From assembly GCF_001194135.2 (NCBI RefSeq), contig NC_068986.1, positions 85,237,661 through 85,301,660 of the forward strand: 64,000 bases of DNA, given 5' to 3'. Position 1 is the stretch's first letter, and each line of letters starts with the position of its first letter. The position numbers and the translations under genes were made by a program. The stretch comes from Octopus bimaculoides (lineage: Eukaryota). The notes under the pieces are model-generated. The model did not search any database, had not been told where the DNA came from, and saw only the letters and a program-made list of their open reading frames with translations. Positions 37,905 through 50,516 of the stretch are shown one piece after another.

Positions 37905-38894
37905 TGCAGGAGATGCAGAGGTAGCAAAGACCAATTATTGTTAAACAAAATAGTAATGCAAGATTGTAAACGGAGGAGGACAAATTTGAGAATTGCTTGG
38001 ATTGATTATCGCAAAGCTTATGATTCTATATTAGTCGGGTGGAAAACTGAGCTGACATCCTACGGACAAAGCTTAAGCACCCTGGGTATCAGAAAACGGA
38101 TTTTCCAAGGCGATAACTTATCTCAGTTACTTTTTATTGTCTGTATGATCCCTCTAACTTTGATACTTACGAAAATGAACCTGAGATATCAGCTTAAGAG
38201 AAAGTTTCAAACACTCAGCCACCCCCTATTCATGAATGATTTGAAGCTTTATGGCAAGAATGAGGTACAAGTGAGTTTTTTGGAGAGCACGGTCCGCTGT
38301 TTTAGTGTTGATATTAGAATGGAATTCGGACTCAAGAAGTGTGGTATAATGTACCCGAAAAGAGGCAAGGTGCAGCCCTTAGCAGGGATAAAATTATCTA
38401 ATACAGAACTGAATAAACAGATTAAAAAGGAAGGCTACAAATATCTAGGCATACTTGAGTTCAACGAAATCATGGAGAAATGAAGGAACAACTGAGGATG
38501 GAATGTTTCTGAAGACTAAGATTGATGTTGCGCTCAAAATTGACCGGATGGGATAACATCCAAGCTGTTAATACATGGGCGATAGCATCACTTCGGTATA
38601 GAACTGGAATAAAAAAACCGACAAAAGAAAGAACTGGTGATTATGGATACGAAGACAAGAAAAATATTGACAGTGTACGGAGCCTTCCACCCTAAGAGTG
38701 ACACCGATAGGCTGTACTTGTCCAGAAGGAAGGGTGGGAGAAGTTTGATTAGTTTCCAGAATTGTATCGAAGCAGAGAAAAACAGCTTAGAGTGGTATGT
38801 AAGAAATACCGTGGAACCATTGTTGAGACATGTGAAGAAGTCCTGCGTCATCAAAATTGATAATTATTTAACGAAAGAAAGACTTAAAGAAAAG

Positions 38895-38941
<47 letters not shown>

Positions 38942-39000
38942 CAGAAAAAAAAGAAACGGTATGGAAGGAGGAAAATATGTACATTGCTTTTTTCGGTCTC
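37904..39000 (+). mobile_element. R4/Dong-like RLE reverse transcriptase fragment
   Basis: GSKDQLLLNK...AWIDYRKAYDSI...IFQGDNLS.LLF...LFMNDLKLYGKN...MEFGLKKCG...YKYLGILE; then FHPKSDTDRLYLSRRKGGRSL. Preceded by (AAT)n, with an internal (CA)n. Confidence 0.92.
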
Positions 39001-39496
39001 ATTTAAAGTATGACTATCTTTAATGGAGTCTGAGGCCAACAGCTAGGAGATACAGCCACTACAGCTATCAAATTTTGGAGTTAATTGTCTGAATTGTTAA
39101 ATAATACTTTCTTATGGTGACCTTTTAATTATTTTTAGTAGTACAGTGGTATAGTGTATAGCATCAATTCAGACATTGAACTCCAGCAACTGATGGCTGT
39201 AGTGGCTATACCCGCTGACCTGTTTGCTTCAGATTTCATTGAAGATAGTCATGCCTTAAATGAGATCGAACAAAGAATGTGCTACCCATCCTTGACATCT
39301 GCCGACTGAATAGCAAAATAAGTCCAACATCACCACACACACCTCCATCCCCATATAACTACCATTTCTTCCTTTCTTTCCACGACCTTCCCCTCTTCCT
39401 CACCAAATACGCACAGACATGCCCATATAACTCAATCAACCAACTTATTGCTCAAAAGGGATAATCAACCCTCAGTTATACATCCGTTAATGTTAT

Positions 39497-39628
39497 ATCA
39501 CCTGAAGAAATGAATCCATGAAGAGGATCTACCCGATGCCCACGGATACGACGGACTACACTAACCATTCTAAGAATACGGACTGTGATCTTAAGGAACA
39601 TGTGATTTGTGGAAACGCGCGTAGCGAT
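39497..39628 (+). ncRNA. Split hammerhead-like motif (about 100-nt insertion at helix II)
   Basis: AUCAC CUGAAGA ...103 nt... GAAAC GCGC GUA GCGAU. Palindromic GCGC loop III; helix I has one mismatch. Confidence 0.4.
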
Positions 39629-39910
39629 GCATCAAAATATTTATAAATTCTATCGAATGATTATTGTTATTATTACTATATTTATCCTACATTATATCGG
39701 TACAGCTCGATATAATGCATTCTTACTTTTGTGAAACAGGTGACGTGTGTGTTTATGTGTTCACATAGATCTATATGTATATGCACATTTGTTAATGGAT
39801 ATGTAAATACATATAAAAGACATGTTTTGTACGAATAGGTACTTATTTTATCTGATGAAACGCATTTTTATGTAACTAAAATATATTCTCTCGTATTTTC
39901 ACCTTTTCAG

Positions 39911-40168
39911 GCGGCTCCGTTATTTGAAACCTTATAAGAAGTTTCATTCTGCTTATATGTATAACAATTACATGTATATTCTTGCCGGTTACATAGCTGA
40001 AATATTAACTGGTCAAAGCTGGAAAGAACTAGTTCAGCAGCGAATATTCAAGCCGCTTGCCATGGCCTCATCTGTCTTTGCTGACGACGTTTTAGACTGG
40101 AGAAAATTTGCTCTTCCTTATGTTTCCATAAATGATGAACTTATTCCTTTAAACACTACACTCCTCAA
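39911..40168 (+). CDS. Beta-lactamase-family gene, next exon (YxN motif)
   Basis: Acceptor ttttcaccttttcag|; donor |gtaagt; 258 bp. CG|G joins in frame: RLRYLKPYKKFHSAYMYNNYMYILAGYIAEILTGQSWKELVQQRIFKPLAM. YNN is the YxN catalytic motif. Confidence 0.93.
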
Positions 40169-40183
40169 GTAAGTATTGATTTC

Positions 40184-40895
40184 CTTTTCGAAATACATAT
40201 ATTTTTATTAATATTTAGAGAAAGCAACTTATCAAAAAGTTTGATAAGTGCCAACGCTCGAAATTCTCGGCCCTTGAGTCAATCTGGCGCTTCTGCTAAA
40301 TATTAATAAAAATATACATATACTCATATTCTATTTTTCCTGCTACACATATACGTATACATACGTATGCGCACACACATACACTCACATATACATATAT
40401 ATACATACGTACATACATGTATAAATATATACATGCATATATATACATATATATACATACGTACATACANNNNNNNNNNNNNNNNNNNNNNNNNNNNNNN
40501 NNNNNNNNNNNNNNNNNNNNNNNNNNNNNNNNNNNNNNNNNNNNNNNNNNNNNNNNNNNNNNNNNNNNNNNNNNNNNNNNNNNNNNNNNNNNNNNNNNNN
40601 NNNNNNNNNNNNNNNNNNNNNNNNNNNNNNNNNNNNNNNNNNNNNNNNNNNNNNNNNNNNNNNNNNNNNNNNNNNNNNNNNNNNNNNNNNNNNNCTTTTC
40701 GAAATACATATATTTTTATTAATATTTAGAGAAAGCAACTTATCAAAAAGTTTGATAAGTGCCAACGCTCGAAATTCTCGGCCCTTGAGTCAATCTGGCG
40801 CTTCTGCTAAATATTAATAAAAATATACATATACTCATATTCTATTTTTCCTGCTACACATATACGTATACATACGTATGCGCACACACATACAC
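40184..40895. repeat. About 200-bp identical direct repeat flanking an N-gap (likely assembly artefact)
   Basis: 40184-40384 equals 40695-40895, separated by microsatellite and Ns. Confidence 0.8.
40198..40316. mobile_element. MITE with 21-bp perfect terminal inverted repeats
   Basis: tatatttttattaatatttag ... ctaaatattaataaaaatata, with TA ends. Second copy at 40709-40827. Confidence 0.7.
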
Positions 40896-41109
40896 ACTCG
40901 CAAATATTTTCCGAACGGCCATAAATTCCACCAGCTGTTCAGCCAAATTTACAATAAATAGAGCAAACGTTGCTTGAAAAAAAATTCTAGTACTAAGGTA
41001 AACCACAATTAAATATTTTTCAAACATATGCAGGAAGAGGAAAGTCGATATGAAATTTTCTAAAATATAAGCTTTTGCTCATTAAAGGCCTAATGAATAG
41101 AGAAAAACA

Positions 41110-41280
41110 GTGTACAGACAGCTAATATCTGAACCAACATTGCATAAAGTAGTTTACATTGGGCTGGCAGAGCATTACTCCAAAAAGCATTTGAATTAGT
41201 ACACGATCACATTTTGCCGTCACCGTCTGAAGAATACTACAACACTTTCAGAGAGGTTTTAAAAATTGAGAGACAAAGCA
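41110..41280 (+). mobile_element. Penelope-like GIY-YIG endonuclease remnant
   Basis: VYRQLISEPTLHKVVYIGLAEHYSKKHLN*YTITFCRHRLKNTTTLSERF*KLRDK. Confidence 0.7.
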
Positions 41281-42013
41281 GTAACCACCGACAGGTTAAG
41301 GACAATAGCGGATAAAACTGACATTTTAGAAAGGTTTAAAGTATTATACCTAACCTCTGTTTCTCAGAAAAATGCCATATTACCCATGGTTCTACTCATA
41401 AGAAATGGGTAGAAGATCTTTTTGCTGATGTATGGCAGACGACATCTGATTTCTTTTCCATCCTTTGAGCATCTACGGTCGACTGAAGTGCTGATTGTGA
41501 GAAACCATGAATCTCTTATGTACTCATTTTTGTGCCATAGAAATTAAAATATATTAGACTCTACTCACTTCCAGCAAAAAGCTGTATTCATAAATGTAAT
41601 GTGTTTGTATCACAGAATTAACTAAAACAATATTCATTTAGTACCGTACAATAGCGGTACTTTATTCATGTAGACGTAATGCGCATAATGTAATACTATC
41701 AATGAAAGTCTACTTCAAAGTACGAACGGAAAGTATTAGAAGATACATGAAATTGGAGACCTACTTGCATTAGATCAACGATAACATTACTGTTCAGGAG
41801 CAAATTTAATCAAGATTCATATTCGGAAATTCCTACCTCTTCATGAAGAACTAGATTCACTCGAAAGCAGACTTCTTGGTGCAATACAGAATATAGCAGT
41901 TAACGAAAGAAAGCTCGCTTCTTCCTTTTTTTTTTTTTTCAATATAATTTGAAATCGGATTAGAAAGAAACATAATGAAATTTTTCAGAAACCAATTAAT
42001 ATTTTCAGACAAG

Positions 42014-42152
42014 AAGGCGGCGAACTGGTAGAATTTTTAGCTCGCCAGGCGAAATGATCAGTCATATTTCGTCCATTTTCACGTTTTGAGTTCAAATTCT
42101 GCAGAGGTCAACTTTGCCTTTCGTTCTTTCGAGGTCGAAAAAATAAGTTCCA
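42014..42152 (+). mobile_element. SINE family A, truncated at Tx1 LINE junction
   Basis: ggcggcgaactggtagaat...gagttcaaattctgcagaggtcaactttgcc...ccagttaaatact, then unrelated sequence. Confidence 0.8.
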
Positions 42153-45100
42153 GTTAAATACTCTCTCAAACACACGCTCACACACAGACACCCACAGGAA
42201 CACAAGCCCACTCCTACCCGCATCAGGGAAGGATTACACAGACTCTGATTCTTACACATACCGAAGTGAGGATGAGGAGGAACAGAAAAACCCAAAACAA
42301 CTAAAAAGAAAGCGCAGTAGGAAAACATCCGGATTGACACCAACACAAAAGTAGGACAACAAAAAAATACAATCATACAGTCAACCCTCCCCCCCAGCTC
42401 AGCAACCGATTACACAGCAAAAGCTCCCACCACCAATACAACCAACACCAGCACAACCCCGCCGCGTCTCCAAAAGACAGCTTTCGGAAGAATTGTTAAA
42501 TTCTCAGACCCCGAATTTTGTGCTAGTGAGAAGAGCAAATAAAGATCTCATGGCCCTTATAGCTCAAAATAGATTGACCAATTCGTGACACCAGCACCAT
42601 TAAAGTGCCAGAAGACTTAGTGTTAGTGCGTATGGCACAGACAAGAACATTCGGGAGGTTTTCCCAACACAACTTGGGAACCCCTAATATAACAGTTTCC
42701 AAAACACTTTTAAAGGGGTTTCCAGAGAAACTCCAGCTAGAAGCGGATGCCAGGCCTCCAGGCAGCCAATATCACTGGCAGAGTAAGTAAGTAAGCTCTT
42801 TTTCTTTCTTACAGCTTTTCCGACCGGCATGGAATTGATTAGAGTGGGCTGTGTAAACGTTCGTGGCCTGAGGTCACCCTGAAAGTAGGGACGCCTGCTC
42901 AACAACCTCAGATTACTATCTATGGCTGTGACAGCCGTCAGCGAAACCAGGATTTCCGACACACGCGATCTGGCCCCCATTTTCGACGATTTTGAGATCT
43001 ACGCATCTCTTAGTTGACCTGGAATGGGAGTGGGGTGGTAGGGCTGTTAGGAAAGGCCTGGATCTCGAGGTACGGACGATCTTCTATGACCCGGAAGGTA
43101 AGTTAGTGATCCTGGATGTGAGTAACAGCAAAGGTGATGATTTCAGACTAGTTGCTGTGTACGCCTCAACTGGGGCGGGGAAGCCAGATTTCATTAGACG
43201 TTTGGCGGTCTTCCTTGGGACGTCTCTCTCTTTAGTTATAGTTGGCGATTGGAACGCCATTTCGGATGCACGCCTGGATGGAGTGGGGCTATCCAATAGG
43301 AGAGGAGGGTGTAAAAGCCTTACAAACCTGACAGGTACCGACTAGATTTCCTGAATGCGCCAACATGGATATGAGCAAACAGCACCGGGTCTTTCTGATC
43401 GTATTTAGATATGATATTCTGTAGACCAGTTAGCAAAAGTAGCATAGGTTCCCCACAGTTCAAAGTCATCGGCTATAGAGACCACAAATTTGTGATCTGC
43501 ACGGCCGACCTAGATAAGATCCATAGGTAGGGCTCCGGGTACTAGAAACTGAACGCGTCTTTCTCAGTACGTCAAGCATTCAGAAACCGGGTTATCAAGT
43601 TAGTCGATCGGAAGTTGGCGGACGCAATCGTCAACAACCGTCCGTGGATAGGCCTGAAAATAGTTATTTGATTAGATACTGTAGGATTTAGTAAAGAAAT
43701 AGATTTATAGGAATCTGGGATAGAGAGACAGGTAGGTAAGAAGCTAGAGGAGGCACTTAGGAGTGGCACTGCGACTGACGTGATGGCGGCGAGATTGGCT
43801 CTAAATTAATTCTTCAGGGCCAAGCGCGAAGGTTGGCAACTGCTGTAAGACATGAGCAGACGAAAGACGTTCGATGGACCCGGGTTACAGAGGTCCAAGG
43901 TGACGACAAAGCCACAATTTGGTTTTTGACGAGCCGGGGCGGGCGCATGCTACATAAATCCAAGCAGGTATATACGGAATATCAGAGGCACTACGTCGAA
44001 CTTTTCGGGGCACGCGGTGTGTCGAGAATGGAAGTGGATTTCACGTCTTACCTCGACGGCATGCCACGCCTTTCGGCTAGAGCTGCGGAGTTCTGCGGAA
44101 TGCCGATAACAGCCGAAGACATACCGGACACGATGATGAGCTGCACAAGGGGCTTGATGGTCTGCCCTTCGAGTTTTATGTTCATATGACAGATTTATTC
44201 AGTGATATCTCAGCTGATCTCCAGCACAACTGGCAGCAGAACGGGAGAATACCCAGTGCTGTGGGCCGTGGCATGGTGGTTCTGCTGAGAATGGACGCGG
44301 ACAAAGGGGACTAAATACATAAGTTTAGGTCCATAACTCTTCTGAACGCAGATTGTTAGATTTTGGTCAAGGTGTTAGCCAAGAGGTTGGCGCTTGTCGA
44401 TAAGCTGATCGGGGACGCCCAGACATGCACTATCCTGAACAGATCTATCCACGACAAACTCCACCTCACGTGCTATATCATAGAGGGGGTAAGGAAGGAT
44501 TCTCATATGGATCAATTTGGATCAATCAAAAGCTTTTGACAGGGTCGACCATCAATACTTAGAATCTGTTCCCGTGGCGAGAATATTTGGACCATCAATG
44601 CTTGGAGTCTGGAGTCTGTTCTAGCTTCGGTCCCGTTTTCAGAGGCTGGATCGCTGTAATGTACAGCGACATCTATACGGTGTTCCAAGTAAACGGCCAT
44701 CTTGTGGAGTCGTTTAGCATCACTCGCTCGGCACGTCAAGAATGCCCACTCTTACCATTTCTGTACGTGCTGGCTCTCGGGGAAATTCTGGGCGTTGGGA
44801 GGGATAAATTAACTAGTCTTTTCTGGAGAACTTTCGGGTCGGGGCCTATGGATAACTTCCAGAAATCCCTGGCCTGACAGTGTTACCGGGAAGCTCTACC
44901 GGTTCGAGACAAGCTCTACAGACACGGAAGTGCTGTCAGACAGACCTGTCAGAGGTGTGCGCAGGGCGGTGAAACCGTCCTGCATGCACTCGTCCAGTGT
45001 CCATGCATTACTGACTTGTGGAGCTTTGTCGAACAGCTGTTGTCACGTGTAGGGCGGATCCGGTTATCAGCCGAGTCCATCGTGAACATTGCCCCGGCGC

Positions 45101-45600
45101 CTTCCTTTGGCCAGGAAGGAGAGGCAGTTTTCCTCTATCTGGTGGCCAAGGTGAAGGAGGTAGTAAGATGGACGACACTGAAAAGATTGAAGGCAGGTAC
45201 TTTCCTCTTCGGCCAAGCCCTCATCGACTTTTTCAAGTCCCAGTTGAAAAGGAAAGTGAGAGTAGAGAGGGAAGTTCTGCCTCCCAATATTTTTGTTGAA
45301 AGGTAGGTGAATGTGGCGAGGATGGCCCGAGTGAATAGGCCTACTCTGAACTTTCGTTTGTAAACCAGAGAAGTTGAGAATAAGAGAGGTACCTGCTGGG
45401 GTACATCTGCTCGGGATAACAAGAATGTGTGAGGTTCCTCGGTCGTCCCTGTGAGGAACTTATCCCTTTTGGTGGGATTTTATTATTTAATTGTTTTTTG
45501 CTATTTATTGTATACACGGCATTGTTCAACACTTCACTTTTACCTTGTATATTTATCGTTTCTATTTGTTTTGTGTTCGGCCTTTGTAGGCAATAAAGGA
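42153..45600 (+). mobile_element. Tx1-clade (L1 group) LINE, near full-length ORF2, degenerate
   Basis: APE domain from about 42829 (GCVNVRGLR, AVSETR, VIVGDWNA); RT (ITLLNAD, DQSKAFDRVDHQYL, RQECPLLPFLY); internal deletion near 44780; CQRCAQGGETVLHALVQC knuckle; 3'UTR ending in AATAAA. The 5' part (42153-42790) is putative ORF1/UTR. Confidence 0.9.
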
Positions 45601-45634
45601 AAGTATTATTATTATTATCATTATTATTAATTAA

Positions 45635-45860
45635 GGCGGCCATCTGGCAGAATCGTTAGCACGCCGGGCAAAATGCTTAGCGACATTTCGTACGTCTTTA
45701 CGTTCTGAGTTCAAACTCCACCAAGGTCGATTTAGCCTTTCATCATTTCGGGTTCGATAAATTAAGTAGCAGTAAAACTCTGCGGTCAGTGTGATCGACT
45801 TACCCCCTCTCCACGAATTCCAGGCGTTGTGCCTATAGTAGAAAGGATTATTATTATTAT
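45635..45860 (+). mobile_element. SINE family A, tail type 2 with (ATT)n
   Basis: ggcggccatctggcagaatcgttagcacgccgggc...gtgcctatagtagaaaggattattatt. Confidence 0.88.
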
Positions 45861-46014
45861 TTTGTTAGTTTGACATAATCAGTAAAGTGCCCTATTTTTT
45901 ACGCATTCAATTTGAAAAACAACTACATTTGAGTTTTATAGAAATGGCAGTAAAATAATATTGAAAATAATCAATCCTAACATTAACTTCACAGTGACAC
46001 CATCACCACCACCA

Positions 46015-46195
46015 CCACCACCACCACCACCACCACTGCTACCACCACCACCACTGTTATCACCACCACTGTTACCACCACCACTGCTANNNNNNNNNNA
46101 CCACCACCACCATCACCACCACCACCACCAAAACCAAAACCACCACCACCACCAACAACAACAACACTACTACTACTACTACTACTACTACTACA

Positions 46196-46224
<29 letters not shown>
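46015..46224. repeat. Compound (CCA)n-(CAA)n-(CTA)n microsatellite abutting a splice acceptor
   Basis: Direct observation; ends ...ctactactac tttcag|46231. Confidence 0.92.
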
Positions 46225-46226
<2 letters not shown>

Positions 46227-46230
46227 TCAG

Positions 46231-46490
46231 ATCACTTGGACCAGCAGGGCCATCCGGTACCATATGCTCCAATTCAATAGATATGCAGAAATGGCTCCAG
46301 TTTCAGCTAAACGGGGGTTTGGACATGAGAGGTCATCGGCTTGTGAGCCAGAAAGAGTTCCAGGAATTACATACGCCTCAGATACCAACACCTATGCCTC
46401 TGGGTCGGAAACTACTGAAGCAACCTGCCTTTCCCATATCTGAAGGGCGGTTTGCTTATGATTTAGGCTGGAGCTCAGGAATATACAGAG
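46231..46490 (+). CDS. Beta-lactamase-family gene, next exon
   Basis: Acceptor ctactttcag|; donor |gtgaat; 260 bp. AA|A joins in frame: SLGPAGPSGTICSNSIDMQKWLQFQLNGG...AYDLGWSSGIYR, matching the family PAG..S...DM.KWL and Y.LGW segments. Confidence 0.9.
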
Positions 46491-49310
46491 GTGAATATTC
46501 TAAACACAACGACGCACTTAGTCCTCAACATATCGTTTGATATGTTGTAGTTTTTTTGTTGTAATTTTGGTAGATTTTATGGTTGTTATTCTTATTGGTG
46601 TTGCTGCTATCATTGTTGCTATTGTTGTTGTTGCTGTAGCTGTTAACATTGTCGTTGCTGATGTATTATTGATGTTATTTAAATCTAGATCATTCCTAAT
46701 CACGACTATGAGGAGGAGCATTTCAGCTTCCTTCCCCCAATATCCCGTTTTTTTTTCTCCATCATTATTATGTTCTCGTGTAATCATCAATGTATTTCTT
46801 CCCTTTTCAAGTCAATGGGGCGTCACATGAGGGAGAGAGCAACTATATGGAAGATTCCTAGCGGATTAGTTGCTGATATTCTCGTTTTGTAGACATGATT
46901 AGAGTATAATTGTGGTAATACTGATTAGTGGGTTGCAGATAACCAGATAGGTAAATCAGCGGACATCCACTTTTGGAGTCACAGTTTCGTATCATATTAC
47001 AAGCAACGTATGCAACCCGTGTTTAAATCTACTTTTCAATAAAGTCACTTTAGCTTGTATGAAACTATGACAACGAATGTCATGTATGCGACATGCTTCA
47101 CGGCATGACAAATTTACTAGTGTTTCTTTGATTTACATTCCTGGTACCAATTTCAGTTTTGTCTACATTTGCAGATATATTTTGAATTGGAAAGACTATA
47201 AAGATGTAATATTAGTTTCACTCTAGATCGCAACAGGTCTGGGTAGTATGAAGAACCAGCTGTTGCCAAATGTAAGGCAAAGTGAATACCAGAACATTTT
47301 CGCCCAGCTTTATTACAGAAATTGCTGATTGCAAATATGAATAACAGAGAATTGTATTAGAGATTGCATCCATCTTTATATTTAAACGAATGGTTTACTC
47401 GCCAAATCTTGTGGGTGTAAGCTCAATGCAAAAGATTTAGGATTAAATCTTTTCTTCTTTTAGCTGGTCACAAAAATAGCATTTCCATTTTTCACATGAA
47501 AAGAAGTTTGGCATTGAACTGGCAACCATATATATGAAAGCTTGTGGTGGCGATATTTTAGAGTAGGAATGATTATTAATTAAGTAGAGAATGCAGCTCA
47601 CTGATTTTCCTGTTGCTTCCTTTGAACATTTGTAGTTCGACGAATGCTGAAAAAATGAGAAGAGGAGGAATTCCAGAATGTAGAAATTTAGGGGAGATCA
47701 AAACTCAAACCTTAGTTTTGTTGAGTCAGGAATAGAACTAAAATATTTGCTATCCTCAAAATATAGAAACCTTGTTCTTGTGGAACAACTTTAGCGATAC
47801 TGCTGAATCAGTGAAGCCACTATAAGGGGACGCAAACGTTTGAAAAGCCTACTAACTGCAGCGACAGTTTAAGGCAGAACGAACAACAATATCATTTTCA
47901 TAGAAGTGTTTCAATCTTCAGTGGTCAAACTGAATTTCGAACACCAGGCTATCAATGATCTGAATGCACCTGCAGATACCACAGCCGCTAAATCATTTCT
48001 TCTACCATGACTAATGTGAGAATAAGTAATTAGTTGTTTCTGATAAATCCTTCCCTTAAATTTCTATAAATTTCCCACGAACTCTTTAGTTTTATCCATA
48101 GATATAAGCCGAAGCGTAAATATATAACAATAGAACCAAGGGATTATCTGGGAAGGTACTGTGAATAGTCTTTGTTAGTCTTAGATATTTTAACTCTACG
48201 TTTAAACAGTTTTTTTCTTCTTTTTTATGAGATTCAATAACTTCAGTTAAGATCGAAGTAATATGAAAGTAGTTCATAAATTCTTTACTGTACTGTATGC
48301 CCCAACTTGGCGGTGAGATGGTTCACGCGTAACATAAGGGAGATAACTCTTGCATGTGTTCATTTGGAGTGTTCTTGGCATCTTTGAAGTAGAAATTAAA
48401 ATGAGCTCAAAGTAAGTTAAAATGGAATTGAAATATATTAAATGAACCTCGAAGCAAATTAAATAGATGTTATTTAGAAAATATATAGTAGGTATTTGTA
48501 ATATGAATTGTTTGAACTTACGCAGATTCGTTCTAAATCGGATTTATTTAAATTTAAACCTATAATGCTGCATTTATATATGGACGACAACAGTCTGTCT
48601 CAAAGCAAAGTTGGATTTTCTCAAGCTACAAGTACCAATATTTTCCAAGGTACCAAATAAGAAATTCCGCCCTTGAATCTTGTCTGTGTCTATTATCTAC
48701 CACGTAACACAATCTGGGATCCATAAATGCTTCAAGAAGGGCTAAAAAGATAAAGCCATATAATAGGATACACAGAGACAGTGCCTCACATCTGTACACT
48801 GTACGTGCTCAGAGCAAATTGAAAGAGGTAGAATATGAATATGTTGAGTCACTTCTTGAATGTCTAAAGGAATACCCGCAATTAACATTGAATGAACACT
48901 GAAAATGCTTGCATTCAACAAGGATTAATTATTTTCTAAAGAAGTATAAGTTAACTTTATGGGTGAATGGTTTTATTTAAACAAATGTATTTATAACCAG
49001 AATTGTTTTTTTTTCTTTTTTCTTTTTTGTATTTCAAAACTGATTAACTTACAAAAGATGTTTCTGTTCTAGTTTTAGAAGTTATGCAAATCAAAACTAA
49101 ACTGTTATTTATTACTCTTTAGCTAAAAGCATTAGAAATATGATTTCATGGCAGTATTTTATTTGGAAATATATTCAAAGTTTTTGTTTTTCAAAATTAT
49201 TTTAATTTATATCGAGTTTATTTTAAATTGGTTCGAAATTTCGTTTGAAGAGTGTGACATCAATTGAACAACTACAAATGTTTTATTGTGTTTAATAAAT
49301 ATATGTATAT

Positions 49311-49370
<60 letters not shown>

Positions 49371-49677
49371 ATGTTTCTGTGTTTTTGAATGTTTCTCGTT
49401 GTAAAGTATCTACATTTTAAACTATTCTCGAGCTTTTTGTACATGAGAAAAGTATCATTTGCTTGGGTTTTAGGACTCTTTCTTGATATAAAATATTTGA
49501 GAATATATGAACAGATTTCTTTTAAATTGTACCATTCCCTAATTATAAATCCTGAAACTTGGGATTCTTAATCGCTTTAGAAAATACTAGACGATGAATA
49601 GGTTCCGTTTTACGGAATAATGTTTCGAGTGCAGTGATTTATATAGAACATTCATAATTTTATTGTGTATTTTCTAG

Positions 49678-50516
49678 GTTTCCATAACGTCCAGCACAAC
49701 GGCAGGATATTTGGATATGATTCCTTAATATGGTTATTCCCAGACAATAACGTGGCGATATTCAGCAGTGTTAACGGTCCAATGAACGCACATTCTAAGA
49801 ATGCATTAAGAGTCATACATCACTACGCCGCAGATTTGCTGCTTGGACAAGAAGCTTGGCTCAATCAATCCAGTTCGTGCACATTTCCAGATCCTTGGTT
49901 ACACAATTATAATAAAACAAAACACAGGAAAACATCCGGTCGGGTTATGGTTGCACAGAAATCATCTTCCCTAGAAAAGAATGGCGCCGAGGCATTCCAC
50001 CGTCGGTGGAGATCAAAGCAGCATAAGAAAAAAAATCGGTTTCCCGACTTACAGAGGTATCAGCGGCCCCTGTCAGAGTATGTTGGTATTTATGGACATC
50101 CTGCTTTTGGTAACATTACTATTTATTTGAACTCATCCACACAACAACTCTACCTGGCACACGGCAAATTTGGGCAAGGTATTCTTCTACCAACTAATAA
50201 AATTGATAAATTTCATATGAGATTCCAAGGACTACTACGATACATGAGCGAAGCAGATGGTTGGGACATGGAGTTTCCAATTATTTTTCAAAGTGCAAAA
50301 GACGATTCTAGTAAAATAGACTTTCTTTATGCCCACTTCATCGAGAAAACCGTTCCACCGTTGTTTCAACGTGGCGCTTCCTGGCAGGATTTTGTCCCTT
50401 CGCCGTCTTACCCAAACGCAAAGTTCTGTCCCAACAATTTGTCACGTTTGATACCAGCTTGTTCTGTCATATCTATCGTTTTGTCTTTGTTGCCTGTTTT
50501 AATTATATTTTTCTAA
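49678..50516 (+). CDS. Beta-lactamase-family gene, terminal exon (HxG motif, DUF3471-like domain, hydrophobic tail)
   Basis: Acceptor tattttctag|; G|GT joins in frame: FHNVQHNGRIFGYDSLIWLFPDNNVAIFSSVNGP...RPLSEYVGIYGHPAFGNITIY...SVISIVLSLLPVLIIFF*. Lies in ORF 49665-50516. Confidence 0.93.

Noticed and set aside
40695-40895. Real tandem duplication downstream of the exon
   Set aside because: Identical copies flank an N-gap, the typical scaffold-overlap artefact. The same applies to about 63541-63628 versus about 63639-63725.
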